Shown: piece after piece, positions 1-9,642 of the stretch
Layout: every line of letters begins with the position of its first letter
How positions within the stretch are numbered: position 1 is the stretch's first letter
Origin: Actinomycetes bacterium
GTDB taxonomy: Bacteria > Actinomycetota > Acidimicrobiia > Acidimicrobiales > Aldehydirespiratoraceae
Assembly (NCBI GenBank): GCA_024276495.1
Contig: JAJRXC010000023.1
Span: 3,484-67,483 of the forward strand
DNA: 64,000 bases
Reading direction: 5' to 3'
The notes under the pieces: model-generated
What the model was told of the DNA's origin: nothing
Database searches by the model: none
What the model saw: only the letters and a program-made list of their open reading frames with translations
Translations under genes and position numbers: made by a program

Positions 1-66
1 CAATTTGGGCGGGACCTTACCGGCGGGGGTTCCCCGTCGACAAGGACTTCGGGTTAGGTTCGTCCG

Positions 67-876
67 ATGAGCGAACGCGACCACGATCTTCTCGTCGAAC
101 GCGACGGCCACGTGATGGTCCTGACCATGAATCGTCCTTCCCGGTTCAACGCCTTGTCGGGCGCGATGCTGATTCGGATGTTCGACGCCTACGAGGAGGC
201 GTCGGCGAATCCCGACGTCCGCTGCATCGTCGTCACCGGAGCGGGCGGCAACTTCTGTTCGGGGGCGGATCTCAAGGCGATGGCCGGCGACGGCGACGAC
301 GGAGATCCGCTCGACACCCGGGCCCGCCTGGCCGAGGATCCCGACATCGTCTACAAGGCGCTGTTTCGTCACTACCGCCCGACGAAGCCCATCGTCGCCG
401 CCGTCGAGGGGGTCGCCATCGCCGGGGGAACCGAGCTGCTCCAGGCCATGGAGATCCGGGTGGCGGGAGAGAGCGCCCGGTTCGGTGTGAGCGAGGCCCG
501 GTGGTCGTTGTATCCGATGGGCGGTTCCGCGGTCCGCCTTCCCCGCCAGATTCCCTACACCCACGCGGCGGAGATCCTGCTCACCGGCGCACACCTCACC
601 GCGGCCCAGGCTCGCGACATCGGCTTGATCGGTCACGTCGTGCCCGACGGTGATGCCCTCGACCGGGCACTCGAGATCGCCCGGGTGGTCGCGGCCAACG
701 GCCCGCTGGCCATCGCGGCGATCACCCGAACCCTCCACGAGTGCGACGGGATGGAGCTCGACCAGGCGCTCCGCCACGAATGGGAGTACGGACAGGCGGT
801 CTTCGCCAGCAACGATGCCAAGGAGGGACCACGGGCCTTCGCCGAGAAGCGCGACCCGTTGTTCACCGGCACCTGA
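67..876 (+). CDS. enoyl-CoA hydratase/isomerase (crotonase family)
   Basis: 269-aa ORF with crotonase-type core (VVTGAGGNFCSGADLK, later AAVEGVAIAGGTELL); length typical of the family. Confidence 0.85.
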   Translation: MSERDHDLLVERDGHVMVLTMNRPSRFNALSGAMLIRMFDAYEEASANPDVRCIVVTGAGGNFCSGADLKAMAGDGDDGDPLDTRARLAEDPDIVYKALFRHYRPTKPIVAAVEGVAIAGGTELLQAMEIRVAGESARFGVSEARWSLYPMGGSAVRLPRQIPYTHAAEILLTGAHLTAAQARDIGLIGHVVPDGDALDRALEIARVVAANGPLAIAAITRTLHECDGMELDQALRHEWEYGQAVFASNDAKEGPRAFAEKRDPLFTGT

Positions 877-973
877 CGACCGCGGCCCGGGACCGGTGTT
901 TGCACGGGTGGGAGACGGCCCGTAGCCTTCTCAAAACCAGAACACGTTCTAGTTCTTTACCCAGGAGTGTTAC

Positions 974-2179
974 ATGGAGTTCGGCCTGTTCTTCAACGGC
1001 TACCTTCCCGGCCCGGCCGCACACGATCCCGACGCCGAGCATCGCATGCTCATGAACGAGCTGGCCTACGCCATCCACGCCGACGACTTCAACTGGAAAT
1101 ACGCCTGGTTCGGGGAACACCACGCCTTGACCGAGTACAGCCACATGTCCTCACCCCACCCCGTCATGGGCTACGTCGCAGCCAAGACCGACCGCATCCA
1201 TCTCGGTTCGGCGATCACATCGCTCCCCACGACGAAGATCCACCCGGCCCGAATCGCCGAGCGCGCCGCGATGATGGATCACATCACCGAGGGCCGGTTC
1301 GAGTTCGGCACCGGTCGCGGCGCCGGCAGCCACGAGGTCGCGTTGTTCGACGGCACCGAGCTCAGCCAGACCAAGGCGATGTGGGACGAGGTCGCCCGTG
1401 AGATCCCCCGCATGTGGGAGCAAAAGGACTACGAGTACCACGGAGAGCACTTCAGCGTTCCCACGCCGCACAACATCTTGCCCAAGCCCTACGGGAAGGG
1501 GCATCCGCCGATCTGGCTCGCCTGTGGCAACCCGGCCACGTTCGCGAAGGCCGGCGCCCACGGCATCGGCGCAATCGCGTTCAACTTCGAGCCGATCCAC
1601 AACCTCAAGGGCCGCGTCGCCGCCTACAAGGAAGCCGCCGAGAACGTGACCGACCAGATCGGTCAGTACCAGAACAACAACGTGATGATGACCAACGCCG
1701 TGATCTGTCTGGAAGACCGCGAAGAGGCCCGAGCGATGGCCAAGCGCAACCTCCGCGGCTATCGCGTCACCATGGTCAACCTCTACCACGACTCGATGCC
1801 CAAGAGCCCCGACGCGATCGTCTGGCCCAAGTCGCCGGCCCGATTCGAGCTCGACGACGAGACGCTCGACGCCGCCATCGCCGGTGGCTACATGCTGTGC
1901 GGCAACGCCGAGGAGGTGTGCGAACAAGTCGCCGCCTACGAAGAGGTCGGCTGTGACCAGCTCGTCTTCGGCACGCCCGACGAGGGGTACACCCACGAGC
2001 AGACGCTCGAGATGATCGAGGTCTTCGGCACCCACGTGATCCCGGAGTTCGACAAGGATCCCGTGCACTCGACCACCCGGATGCGGGAGGCGGCCGTGCC
2101 CCGGTTCCCGATGTTCAACGGCGATGTCGACACGATCGTCAACGAGGCCGTTCCGCCCCAGTACCCGGTGAGCATCTGA
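974..2179 (+). CDS. LLM-class (luciferase-like) flavin-dependent oxidoreductase
   Basis: 401-aa ORF starting MEFGLFFNGY...; luciferase-like monooxygenase N-terminal pattern (WFGEHH); stop overlaps next start (TGATG). Confidence 0.8.
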   Translation: MEFGLFFNGYLPGPAAHDPDAEHRMLMNELAYAIHADDFNWKYAWFGEHHALTEYSHMSSPHPVMGYVAAKTDRIHLGSAITSLPTTKIHPARIAERAAMMDHITEGRFEFGTGRGAGSHEVALFDGTELSQTKAMWDEVAREIPRMWEQKDYEYHGEHFSVPTPHNILPKPYGKGHPPIWLACGNPATFAKAGAHGIGAIAFNFEPIHNLKGRVAAYKEAAENVTDQIGQYQNNNVMMTNAVICLEDREEARAMAKRNLRGYRVTMVNLYHDSMPKSPDAIVWPKSPARFELDDETLDAAIAGGYMLCGNAEEVCEQVAAYEEVGCDQLVFGTPDEGYTHEQTLEMIEVFGTHVIPEFDKDPVHSTTRMREAAVPRFPMFNGDVDTIVNEAVPPQYPVSI

Positions 2180-2949
2180 TGGCCGCGCTGAAGGTCGGCG
2201 TCCAGATCCAGCCGCCCGACACGACCGTTGCCCACATGCGCGACACCTGGCGGGCCGCCGACGAGATGGGCGCCGACTCGATCTGGGTCTGGGACCACTT
2301 CTACCCCCTGTTCACCGATCCGAACGGCACCCACTTCGAAGGCTGGACACTGCTGTCGACCATGGCCGCCGACACCTCGCGGGCGATGCTCGGCACCCTC
2401 GTGACCGGCAACAGCTACCGCAACCCGGCGCTGCTCGCCGACATGGCCCGCACCCTCGACCACGTCAGCGACGGTCGGCTCTACCTCGGTGTCGGTTCCG
2501 GCTGGTTCGAACGCGACTACACCGAATACGGCTACGAGTTCGGCACCGCCGGAAGTCGGCTCCGCCAACTCGAGACGGATCTGGGCCGCATGAGGTCACG
2601 ACTCGCCAAACTCCATCCCGGCCCCGTCGGCCGACTCCCGATCCTGATCGGCGGCTCCGGCGAGAAGGTCACTCTCCGCCTCGTCGCCGAGCATGCCGAC
2701 GCGTGGAACACCTTCGGACCGCCCGACAACTTCGCCCGGCTCAACCGGGTGCTCGACCGCTGGTGCGAGAAGGTCGGCCGGGACCCCGGAGAGATCGAGC
2801 GGACCGTCGCCATCGAGTCCGACGACACCGACGACATCAGCCGCTATGTGGAGGCCGGCGCCGACCACGTCATCGTCATGATCGCCCAACCCTTCGACCT
2901 CGCTCCGCTGCGATCGCTGCTCGACCAACGCGACCGACTCGCCGACTGA
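2179..2949 (+). CDS. LLM-class F420-dependent oxidoreductase
   Basis: 256-aa ORF; short LLM/F420-type TIM-barrel pattern (GADSIWVWDHF, YLGVGSGW); translationally coupled to upstream LLM gene. Confidence 0.75.
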   Translation: MAALKVGVQIQPPDTTVAHMRDTWRAADEMGADSIWVWDHFYPLFTDPNGTHFEGWTLLSTMAADTSRAMLGTLVTGNSYRNPALLADMARTLDHVSDGRLYLGVGSGWFERDYTEYGYEFGTAGSRLRQLETDLGRMRSRLAKLHPGPVGRLPILIGGSGEKVTLRLVAEHADAWNTFGPPDNFARLNRVLDRWCEKVGRDPGEIERTVAIESDDTDDISRYVEAGADHVIVMIAQPFDLAPLRSLLDQRDRLAD

Positions 2950-2958
2950 GTCGGGCGG

Positions 2959-3441
2959 TCACTCGGACACGTCGAACTCTCCGACCAGAACCGACGCGGT
3001 TCCGAGGGGTGAGTCGCCCCCGGCCAGGAAGTGCTCGTAGTAGCGCCGGAATCGGCCCTGGAGATGCTCGTCGATCTGGGCCCGGGAGTAGTCGAGGGTG
3101 AAGAACGAGCCCACGCCCATCTCCTCGGCTGCGGCCTTCGCGGCATCGGCGTCGTCCACGGCCCAGACCACACCGATCAGACCCTCCCCCTTCTCGGCGA
3201 TGATCGCCTCGATGTAGCTGTCGGCCCCAACGATCGGCGCCACCAGCTCCACACCGCCGTCCCAGCTGAACAGCACGCGAACGCCGAAGCGGGCGGCTTC
3301 CTCGTCGTCGCCGTGGTGGAACGTGCACCCCAGCAGACGTTCGTAGAACGACCGCCCGGCGTCGAGATCGCGAACGGCCATCACCACCCGGTTCACTCCC
3401 CGCTGACGAGTCGCCGACTTCTCCGGTCCTGTTTCGGTCAT
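2959..3441 (-). CDS. VOC family (glyoxalase/bleomycin-resistance fold) protein
   Basis: Track ORF 2959..3528. I prefer the ATG at 3441 (MTETGPEK...), preceded by a GGGAGG RBS. VOC-like motif VNRVVMAVRDLDAGRSFYERLLG. Confidence 0.7.
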   Translation of the reverse strand: MTETGPEKSATRQRGVNRVVMAVRDLDAGRSFYERLLGCTFHHGDDEEAARFGVRVLFSWDGGVELVAPIVGADSYIEAIIAEKGEGLIGVVWAVDDADAAKAAAEEMGVGSFFTLDYSRAQIDEHLQGRFRRYYEHFLAGGDSPLGTASVLVGEFDVSE

Positions 3442-3511
3442 CTGCCCTCCCGGCACCATCGGGGTCACGGTAGTGGGATACTCAGATGAGCTCGAAACGC
3501 CGGGAGGCCTG

Positions 3512-6500
3512 ATGACGGACGCCGACACCTACCGCCTCAGCGATCGCTACCGCCGCGACGAGGGCACGGTGTTCATGACCGGCATCCAGGCTCTGGCCCG
3601 TCTCCCGATCGAGCAGCTCCGGATCGACCGTCGCAACGGCCGCTCGACCGCCGCGTTCGCGGCCGGCTACCCGGGCTCCCCACTCGGCGGCCTCGACGGG
3701 GCCTTCGCCGCGGCGGCCCGCGAGGCGGCCGACCTGCCGATCATCCTGCGGCCGTCCGTCAACGAGGAGCACGCGGCCACCGCGGTCATGGGAAGCCAAC
3801 TCGCCACGACCCGCGCCGACGCCCGCTACGACGGCGTCCTCGGCTTGTGGTACGGCAAGGCACCCGGCGTCGATCGGGCCGGCGACGCCCTTCGTCACGG
3901 CGCGTTCGCCGGCTCCGACCCCCTCGGGGGCGCGGTGGCCCTCGTCGGCGACGATCCGAACGCGAAGTCGTCGACCCTCCCGTCGACATCGGCCGGCACC
4001 CTCGCGTCGATGCACATCCCGGTGATCTACCCCGGTGATCCGGCCGAAGCGCTCGACCTCGGCCGCCATGCCATCGCGCTCAGCCGGGCCAGCGGGCTGT
4101 GGGTCAGCTTGAAGATCGTCGCCGACGTCGCCGACGGATCGGGCACGGTGACCCTCGATCCCGACCGGATCGATCCGGTGATTCCCACCATCGACGGCCG
4201 GCCCTACGCCCATCGGCCCAACGGAATGCTGGTCACCCCGTTCAGCCTCGACATCGAAAAGGAGATCATCGAGACCCGTCTTCCGCTCGCCCTCGAGTAC
4301 GCCGCGGCCAACCGTCTCAACCACACGACCATCGATCCGTCCGACGCCTGGGTCGGGTTGGTCTCCTCCGGCATCACCTATCGGGAACTTCGTGAAGGGC
4401 TGCGTCGCATCGGGCTCGAGGACGACCATGACATCGAAGCCGCCGGAATCCGCCTCTTGAAGCTGGGGATGCCCATACCGTTCAACGCCTCGACGATCCG
4501 AGACTTCGCCCGGGGCCTCGACCTCATCGTCGTCGTCGAGGAGAAGACCCCGAACGTCGAGTCCCTGCTGAAGGACGCCCTCTACAACGCGAGCCACCAT
4601 CCGACCGTCATCGGTCGGACCGACGAGCACGAACGACCACTCATCCCCGCGGCCGGCGCCCTCCACGCCGACGACATCATCCCGATGCTGCGCACGGTCC
4701 TGGCTGAGCGGCTGGGTGAACGACTCCGCCCCGATCGGCCGGCGCGCGAGAAGATCCCGCTCTCCGTGCGGCGCACGCCCTACTTCTGCTCGGGTTGCCC
4801 TCACAATCGCAGCACGGTCGTCGACGACGGCACGCTGGTCGGTGCCGGCATCGGATGCCACACGATGGTCCTGCTCGGCGGCGAGCCCCGATACGGCGAC
4901 ATCGGCGGCCTGACGTGCATGGGCAACGAGGGAACCCAGTGGATCGGGATGGCCCCGTTCGTCGAGACCGGACACATGGTCCAGAATCTCGGCGACGGCA
5001 CCTTCTTCCACTCCGGACAACTCGCCATCACCGCGGCCATCGCCGCGGGGGTCGACATCACCTACAAGCTGTTGTGGAACGGCACCGTCGCCATGACCGG
5101 CGGTCAGGACCCGACCGGCCGCATCGACATCGACCGGGTCTGCCGCCAACTCCTCGCCCAGGGAGTGGCCCGCATCATCATCACCTCCGAGGACCCGGCC
5201 CGGGCCCGGGCCCGTCGACTCCCACCCGAGGTCGAGACCTGGGATCGGCGTCGACTCGCCGATGCGCAGCGCGAGTTGGCGGCGATTCCCGGTGTCACCG
5301 TGCTGATCCACGACCAGCGCTGCGCGGCCGAGTTGCGCCGCGACCGGAAGCGGGGACGAATCGAACCGCCCCGCACCCGCACGGTCATCAACCATCGGAT
5401 TTGCGAGGGGTGCGGCGACTGTGCCGCAGTGTCGAATTGCCTCTCGGTCCAGCCCCTCGACACCGTGTTCGGCCGTAAGACCACGATCGAGCAGGACAGC
5501 TGCAACTTCGATCTGTCCTGCATGGAGGGTGACTGTCCGGCCTTCATCTCGATCACCTCACCTCGACGGCGTTGGTGGCGGCCCTCGCGGCGGGTGGACC
5601 GGCCGACACGATCAAGGCCGCCCGTCCCACAGGATCTCCCCCCGCCGGAGGCCCGCGCCGCCGACGATGTCAGCGTCCACATCACCGGAATCGGCGGGAC
5701 CGGCGTCGTCACCGTCTCCCAGATGATCGGCACCGCGGCGATGCTCGAAGGAGCCGACGTACAGGGCCTCGACCAGATCGGCCTCTCGCAGAAGGCCGGA
5801 CCGGTCGTGTCCGATGTCCGGATCGCCCACGGCGCGCGGGCCGGCAGCAGTCGGGTCGGCGCGGGAGAAGCCGATCTTCTCCTCGCCTTCGACCTGCTCG
5901 TCGCCTCCTCGTGGACGGGGCTCGATGCCACCGACCCGTCACGAACGTCGGTCGTCGGCTCACTCGACCTGACACCGCCGGGCACGAAGACCGCGCATCC
6001 CGAAACCGCGATGCCCACCACCGAGCATCTCCTCGCCCGCATCGACGAGGGCACCCGAGAGGGCGCCCGGCACTGGGCCGAGGCCGCCGCCACGTGTCAC
6101 GACCTGGTCGGTGACACCGTCGGCGCCAACATCTTCGTGGTGGGAATGGCCGTGCAGGCCGGGCTTCTGCCGGTCGAGCCCGCCTCGATCGAACGGGCGA
6201 TCGAGCTCAACGGTGTCGCGGTCGACCTGAACCGGGACGCGTTCCGATGGGGTCGATGGCAGGTGGCCGACCCTCGACGGGTCGACGCCGCCCGGGATTC
6301 CACCGCCGAGACGGCGCCGGTCGTGGCGCTCCGAGACGAGCTCCGATCTCGGGTCGAACATCTGACTGGGGCCGGTTCGCCGTTCGCCGAGACACTGACG
6401 CGTCTCACCGCGGAACTGATCGCGTTTCAAAACGATGCCCTCGCGCACTCCTACCTCGACACGTTGGAGCGCATCGCCAACGAGTCCGGCGGCTCACCCG

Positions 6501-6988
6501 AGCTGCTCGAGGAGAGCGCGGCCGGTCTCTTCAAGCTCCTCGCCTACAAGGACGAGTACGAGGTGGCCCGCCTGATGCTCGACGCCGACGGCCACTCCCC
6601 TGTCGATGCCGTCGCGCGACCCGGCGACCGGGTCGCGTGGCGCCTGCATCCCCCGCTGCTGCGAGCGCTCGGCCGGCGCGACAAGATCTCCGTTTCGATC
6701 CGGTGGCGACCGGCCATTCGCCTCCTCGCGGCGGGCAAGCGGCTCCGGGGGCGTCGGCTCGATCCGTTCGGACGGGCCACAGTCCGCCGCATCGAGCGGG
6801 CCCTTCCCGGGGAGTACGCTGCGGCGATCCTCGCCGTGCTCGCCTCGCCGGCCGAAGATCGGCTGTCGGTCGCGCTCGACGTCGCCCGCACGGCCGACCT
6901 CGTGCGCGGATACGAGGACATCAAGCTCGCGAACGTCGCCGCCTTCCGAGCGCGTCTCGCCGAGCTCTCCGGCCTCACGTCGAGCTGA
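3512..6988 (+). CDS. indolepyruvate ferredoxin oxidoreductase family protein (fused alpha/beta type)
   Basis: About 1158 aa; N-terminus YRLSDRYRRDEGTVFMTGIQALARLP typical of the fused IOR family; 4Fe-4S Cys cluster CEGCGDCAAVSNC; ATG at 3512 has GGGAGG 6 nt upstream. Confidence 0.85.
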   Translation: MTDADTYRLSDRYRRDEGTVFMTGIQALARLPIEQLRIDRRNGRSTAAFAAGYPGSPLGGLDGAFAAAAREAADLPIILRPSVNEEHAATAVMGSQLATTRADARYDGVLGLWYGKAPGVDRAGDALRHGAFAGSDPLGGAVALVGDDPNAKSSTLPSTSAGTLASMHIPVIYPGDPAEALDLGRHAIALSRASGLWVSLKIVADVADGSGTVTLDPDRIDPVIPTIDGRPYAHRPNGMLVTPFSLDIEKEIIETRLPLALEYAAANRLNHTTIDPSDAWVGLVSSGITYRELREGLRRIGLEDDHDIEAAGIRLLKLGMPIPFNASTIRDFARGLDLIVVVEEKTPNVESLLKDALYNASHHPTVIGRTDEHERPLIPAAGALHADDIIPMLRTVLAERLGERLRPDRPAREKIPLSVRRTPYFCSGCPHNRSTVVDDGTLVGAGIGCHTMVLLGGEPRYGDIGGLTCMGNEGTQWIGMAPFVETGHMVQNLGDGTFFHSGQLAITAAIAAGVDITYKLLWNGTVAMTGGQDPTGRIDIDRVCRQLLAQGVARIIITSEDPARARARRLPPEVETWDRRRLADAQRELAAIPGVTVLIHDQRCAAELRRDRKRGRIEPPRTRTVINHRICEGCGDCAAVSNCLSVQPLDTVFGRKTTIEQDSCNFDLSCMEGDCPAFISITSPRRRWWRPSRRVDRPTRSRPPVPQDLPPPEARAADDVSVHITGIGGTGVVTVSQMIGTAAMLEGADVQGLDQIGLSQKAGPVVSDVRIAHGARAGSSRVGAGEADLLLAFDLLVASSWTGLDATDPSRTSVVGSLDLTPPGTKTAHPETAMPTTEHLLARIDEGTREGARHWAEAAATCHDLVGDTVGANIFVVGMAVQAGLLPVEPASIERAIELNGVAVDLNRDAFRWGRWQVADPRRVDAARDSTAETAPVVALRDELRSRVEHLTGAGSPFAETLTRLTAELIAFQNDALAHSYLDTLERIANESGGSPELLEESAAGLFKLLAYKDEYEVARLMLDADGHSPVDAVARPGDRVAWRLHPPLLRALGRRDKISVSIRWRPAIRLLAAGKRLRGRRLDPFGRATVRRIERALPGEYAAAILAVLASPAEDRLSVALDVARTADLVRGYEDIKLANVAAFRARLAELSGLTSS

Positions 6989-7009
6989 GCATCGGCCTAC
7001 TCTGGCGCG

Positions 7010-8170
7010 ATGCGATCCGCCCCCGTCGTCGCCCAGTTGAACGACGATCTCGTCGCGCTCCACGAACAGACCCTCGAGTTCGTCGCGAAGGAGGTGACCC
7101 CCCACGGCGACGAGTGGGAGCTCGACGGGCACGTTCCCCGCGAGGTCCTGCGAAAGATGGGCTCGCTCGGGATGTTCGGGCTGCGCGCCCCTCAGGAGCG
7201 GGGCGGTCTGGGACTCGGACCGTTGGCCTCGCTGACCTTCGCCGAAGCGCTCGGCTCGTCGACCTACGCGGGCTTCGATGTCACGGTTCTCGTCCACACC
7301 GACATGGCGCTGCCCCACCTCCTCAACTCGGGAAGCGACGACCAGCTGGACCGCTACCTGCCGGAGGTGCTCGCCGGCGAACGCATCCTCTCCATCGGTG
7401 TGACCGAACCCGATGCCGGCTCCGATGTCGCCGGCATCCGGACCCGGGCCGAAAAAGACGGCGATGGCTGGCGGATCAACGGGGCGAAGCTGTTCATCAC
7501 CAACGCGGTCCACGGCGACATGACCATCATCGCCGCCCGTACCCAGCCCGATGACCGCTACGGCATCTCGATGTTCCTCGTCGAGAAGGGCACCGAGGGG
7601 TTCTCCGTCGCCAAGGCGCTCGACAAGACCGGCTGGCGATGCTCCGACACCGCGGAACTGCATCTCGACGACGTGTGGGTAAGCGACGACCAGCTGCTGG
7701 GCACCGTTCATCGCGGCTTCTACGAGACCATGCGCAACTTCCAGAACGAACGTCTCGTGCTCGTCGGCATGGGTGTCGGCGCGGCCCAGGCCGCGATCGA
7801 CTTGACCGTGTCCTACACCCGAGACCGGGCCGCCTTCGGTGGCCACCTGTTCGACCTCGGCGCCATTCGCCAGCGACTGGCCATGGCCCAGGCCCGGGTC
7901 GACGCCGCCCGGGCATCGATGTACCACTGCGCCTGGCTCGCCGAGCAGGGCACGGAGCCGGTGCGGGAAGTGTCGGGCCTCAAAGCGTGGGCATGCGAGA
8001 TGATCAACCAGGTCATGTACGAATGTGTGCAGTTCCACGGCGGCATGGGTTACATGCGCGAGACCGCGGTCGAACGAATGAGCCGGGACGCACGCATCCT
8101 GCCCATCGGCGGAGGCGCGACCGAGGTCATGCTCGAAGAGGTCGCGAAACGACTCGGTCCCGCCCGATGA
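7010..8170 (+). CDS. acyl-CoA dehydrogenase
   Basis: 386-aa ORF; ACAD architecture and motifs (TEPDAGSD, C-terminal QFHGGMGY...RDARILPIGGGATEV). Confidence 0.85.
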   Translation: MRSAPVVAQLNDDLVALHEQTLEFVAKEVTPHGDEWELDGHVPREVLRKMGSLGMFGLRAPQERGGLGLGPLASLTFAEALGSSTYAGFDVTVLVHTDMALPHLLNSGSDDQLDRYLPEVLAGERILSIGVTEPDAGSDVAGIRTRAEKDGDGWRINGAKLFITNAVHGDMTIIAARTQPDDRYGISMFLVEKGTEGFSVAKALDKTGWRCSDTAELHLDDVWVSDDQLLGTVHRGFYETMRNFQNERLVLVGMGVGAAQAAIDLTVSYTRDRAAFGGHLFDLGAIRQRLAMAQARVDAARASMYHCAWLAEQGTEPVREVSGLKAWACEMINQVMYECVQFHGGMGYMRETAVERMSRDARILPIGGGATEVMLEEVAKRLGPAR

Positions 8171-9015
8171 GCGGCCTTCCGACGCGGTTGCGGTCGCTGC
8201 TTTTCGCCCCGGCCGTTCGACCGGACCTCGTCGCCAAGACGCCCACGGCCGGTGCCGATCTGGTGGCCGTCGATCTCGAGGACGCGACCCCCGTCGTCGC
8301 GAAGTCTGCCGCCCGCGGCGAGCTGGCGGGGCTCGTCGCCTCGGTGATCGACCGGGCTGCGGTCGCCGTGCGGGTCAACGACCCGTCAACCGAATGGTTC
8401 GAGGACGACATCGGCGCGCTCCCCGACGGCCTCGCCGCGATCCTCGTCCCGAAGATCGAAACGGTCGACGGGCTCGATCACGTCCGGGCCGTTCTCGAGT
8501 CGACCGGCCGATCCGGGCTTGCGGTGATCGCCGGGCTCGAGACCGCGCTCGGTGTCGCCGACGCCCGGTCGCTGGTCTGTCACCCCGTCGTCGGGGCCGC
8601 GTACTTCGGGGCGGAGGACTTCATCGCCGACATGGGTGGCGTGCGCACGGCAACCAACCACGAAGTGGCCTTCGCCCGCAGTCAGGTGGCGCTCGCCGGG
8701 CGGCTGGCCCGGCGCCCCGTGCTCGATCAGGTCGTCGCCGACTTTCGAGACGACGACCGCTCCCGGCGGGAGAACGAGGAGGCCCGAGCGATGGGGTACG
8801 CCGGCAAGTTGTGCATCCACCCGGCTCAGGTCACGATCGCGAACGACGTGTTCACCCCGTCGGCCGATGAGATCGACCGCGCGGCTCGTCTTCTTGCCGC
8901 GTACGAGGAAGCAGCGGCCGGCGGCATCGCTGCCATCGACTTCGAGGGACAGATGGTCGACGAGCCGGTTGCCGCTCAGGCCCGCCGGCTCCTGACCCTC
9001 GCGGAGCCGCGCTGA
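8167..9015 (+). CDS. HpcH/HpaI aldolase / citrate lyase beta (CitE)-like acyl-CoA lyase
   Basis: Real start MSGLPTRLRSLLFAPA at 8167 inside track ORF 7639..9015; ATGA overlap with ACAD stop; CitE-like motifs (LFAPA..., DLVAVDLEDA, GKLCIHP). Confidence 0.8.
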   Translation: MSGLPTRLRSLLFAPAVRPDLVAKTPTAGADLVAVDLEDATPVVAKSAARGELAGLVASVIDRAAVAVRVNDPSTEWFEDDIGALPDGLAAILVPKIETVDGLDHVRAVLESTGRSGLAVIAGLETALGVADARSLVCHPVVGAAYFGAEDFIADMGGVRTATNHEVAFARSQVALAGRLARRPVLDQVVADFRDDDRSRRENEEARAMGYAGKLCIHPAQVTIANDVFTPSADEIDRAARLLAAYEEAAAGGIAAIDFEGQMVDEPVAAQARRLLTLAEPR

Positions 9016-9016
9016 C

Positions 9017-9529
9017 TCACGCCGGCCGCCGGTGCATCAAGGCGTTGCGTACGGCTCGACAGACCAGCGCGTCGTGCTGGTTGAGTCCCCGATGCTCGAA
9101 CGTGACCACTCCCTGCGTGGGTCGGGACGTCGAGGGGCGGGCAGCCAGCACCTCGGTCTCGACCCGAAGCGTGTCGCCGTGGAAGACCGGGGCGGGGAAC
9201 TCGATGCGGTCGAACCCGAGGTTGGCGACGGTCGTGCCGAGGGTCGTCTCGTGAACCGAGATACCGATCACGATTCCGAGCGTCAACAGGGAGTTCACCA
9301 GGGGCCGTCCGAACTCGGTGTCGTTTTCGGCGTAGTCGAAGTCGAGATGCAACCAGGCCGGGTTCATCGTCATGGTCGTGAACGCCACGTTGTCGTACTC
9401 TGTGACGGTGCGACGAACGGCGTGGTGGACGATGGTGCCGATCAGGAGGTCCTCGAACCAGCGGCCGCCGACGGGTCGACCCGACGCATCCACTCGTGGG
9501 CCGATCGGCTCGTCATCATCTCCGGTCAT
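9017..9529 (-). CDS. MaoC-like (R-specific enoyl/acyl-CoA) dehydratase
   Basis: 170-aa hot-dog fold pattern ([31 protein letters not shown]). Confidence 0.8.
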   Translation of the reverse strand: MTGDDDEPIGPRVDASGRPVGGRWFEDLLIGTIVHHAVRRTVTEYDNVAFTTMTMNPAWLHLDFDYAENDTEFGRPLVNSLLTLGIVIGISVHETTLGTTVANLGFDRIEFPAPVFHGDTLRVETEVLAARPSTSRPTQGVVTFEHRGLNQHDALVCRAVRNALMHRRPA

Positions 9530-9642
9530 CGTCCCATTCTCTCAGATCGACTGGTCCTCGGGTGATCCACGTGCCGCCCCGGCCGGGGGGCCATGATCTC
9601 GCCATGTCCTGCGAGGCGGCCGCGATCCTGCCCGGAGTCTGA

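Noticed and set aside
3482-5395. 637-aa ORF antisense to the indolepyruvate oxidoreductase gene. Similar long antisense or off-frame ORFs include 1151-2068(-), 6494-8038(-), 16301-17512(-) and 17836-19455(+)
   Set aside because: These are shadow ORFs typical of high-GC DNA. Their translations are Arg/Gly/Pro/Asp-rich with no family motifs. The opposite or alternate frame encodes a clearly recognisable enzyme across the same span.
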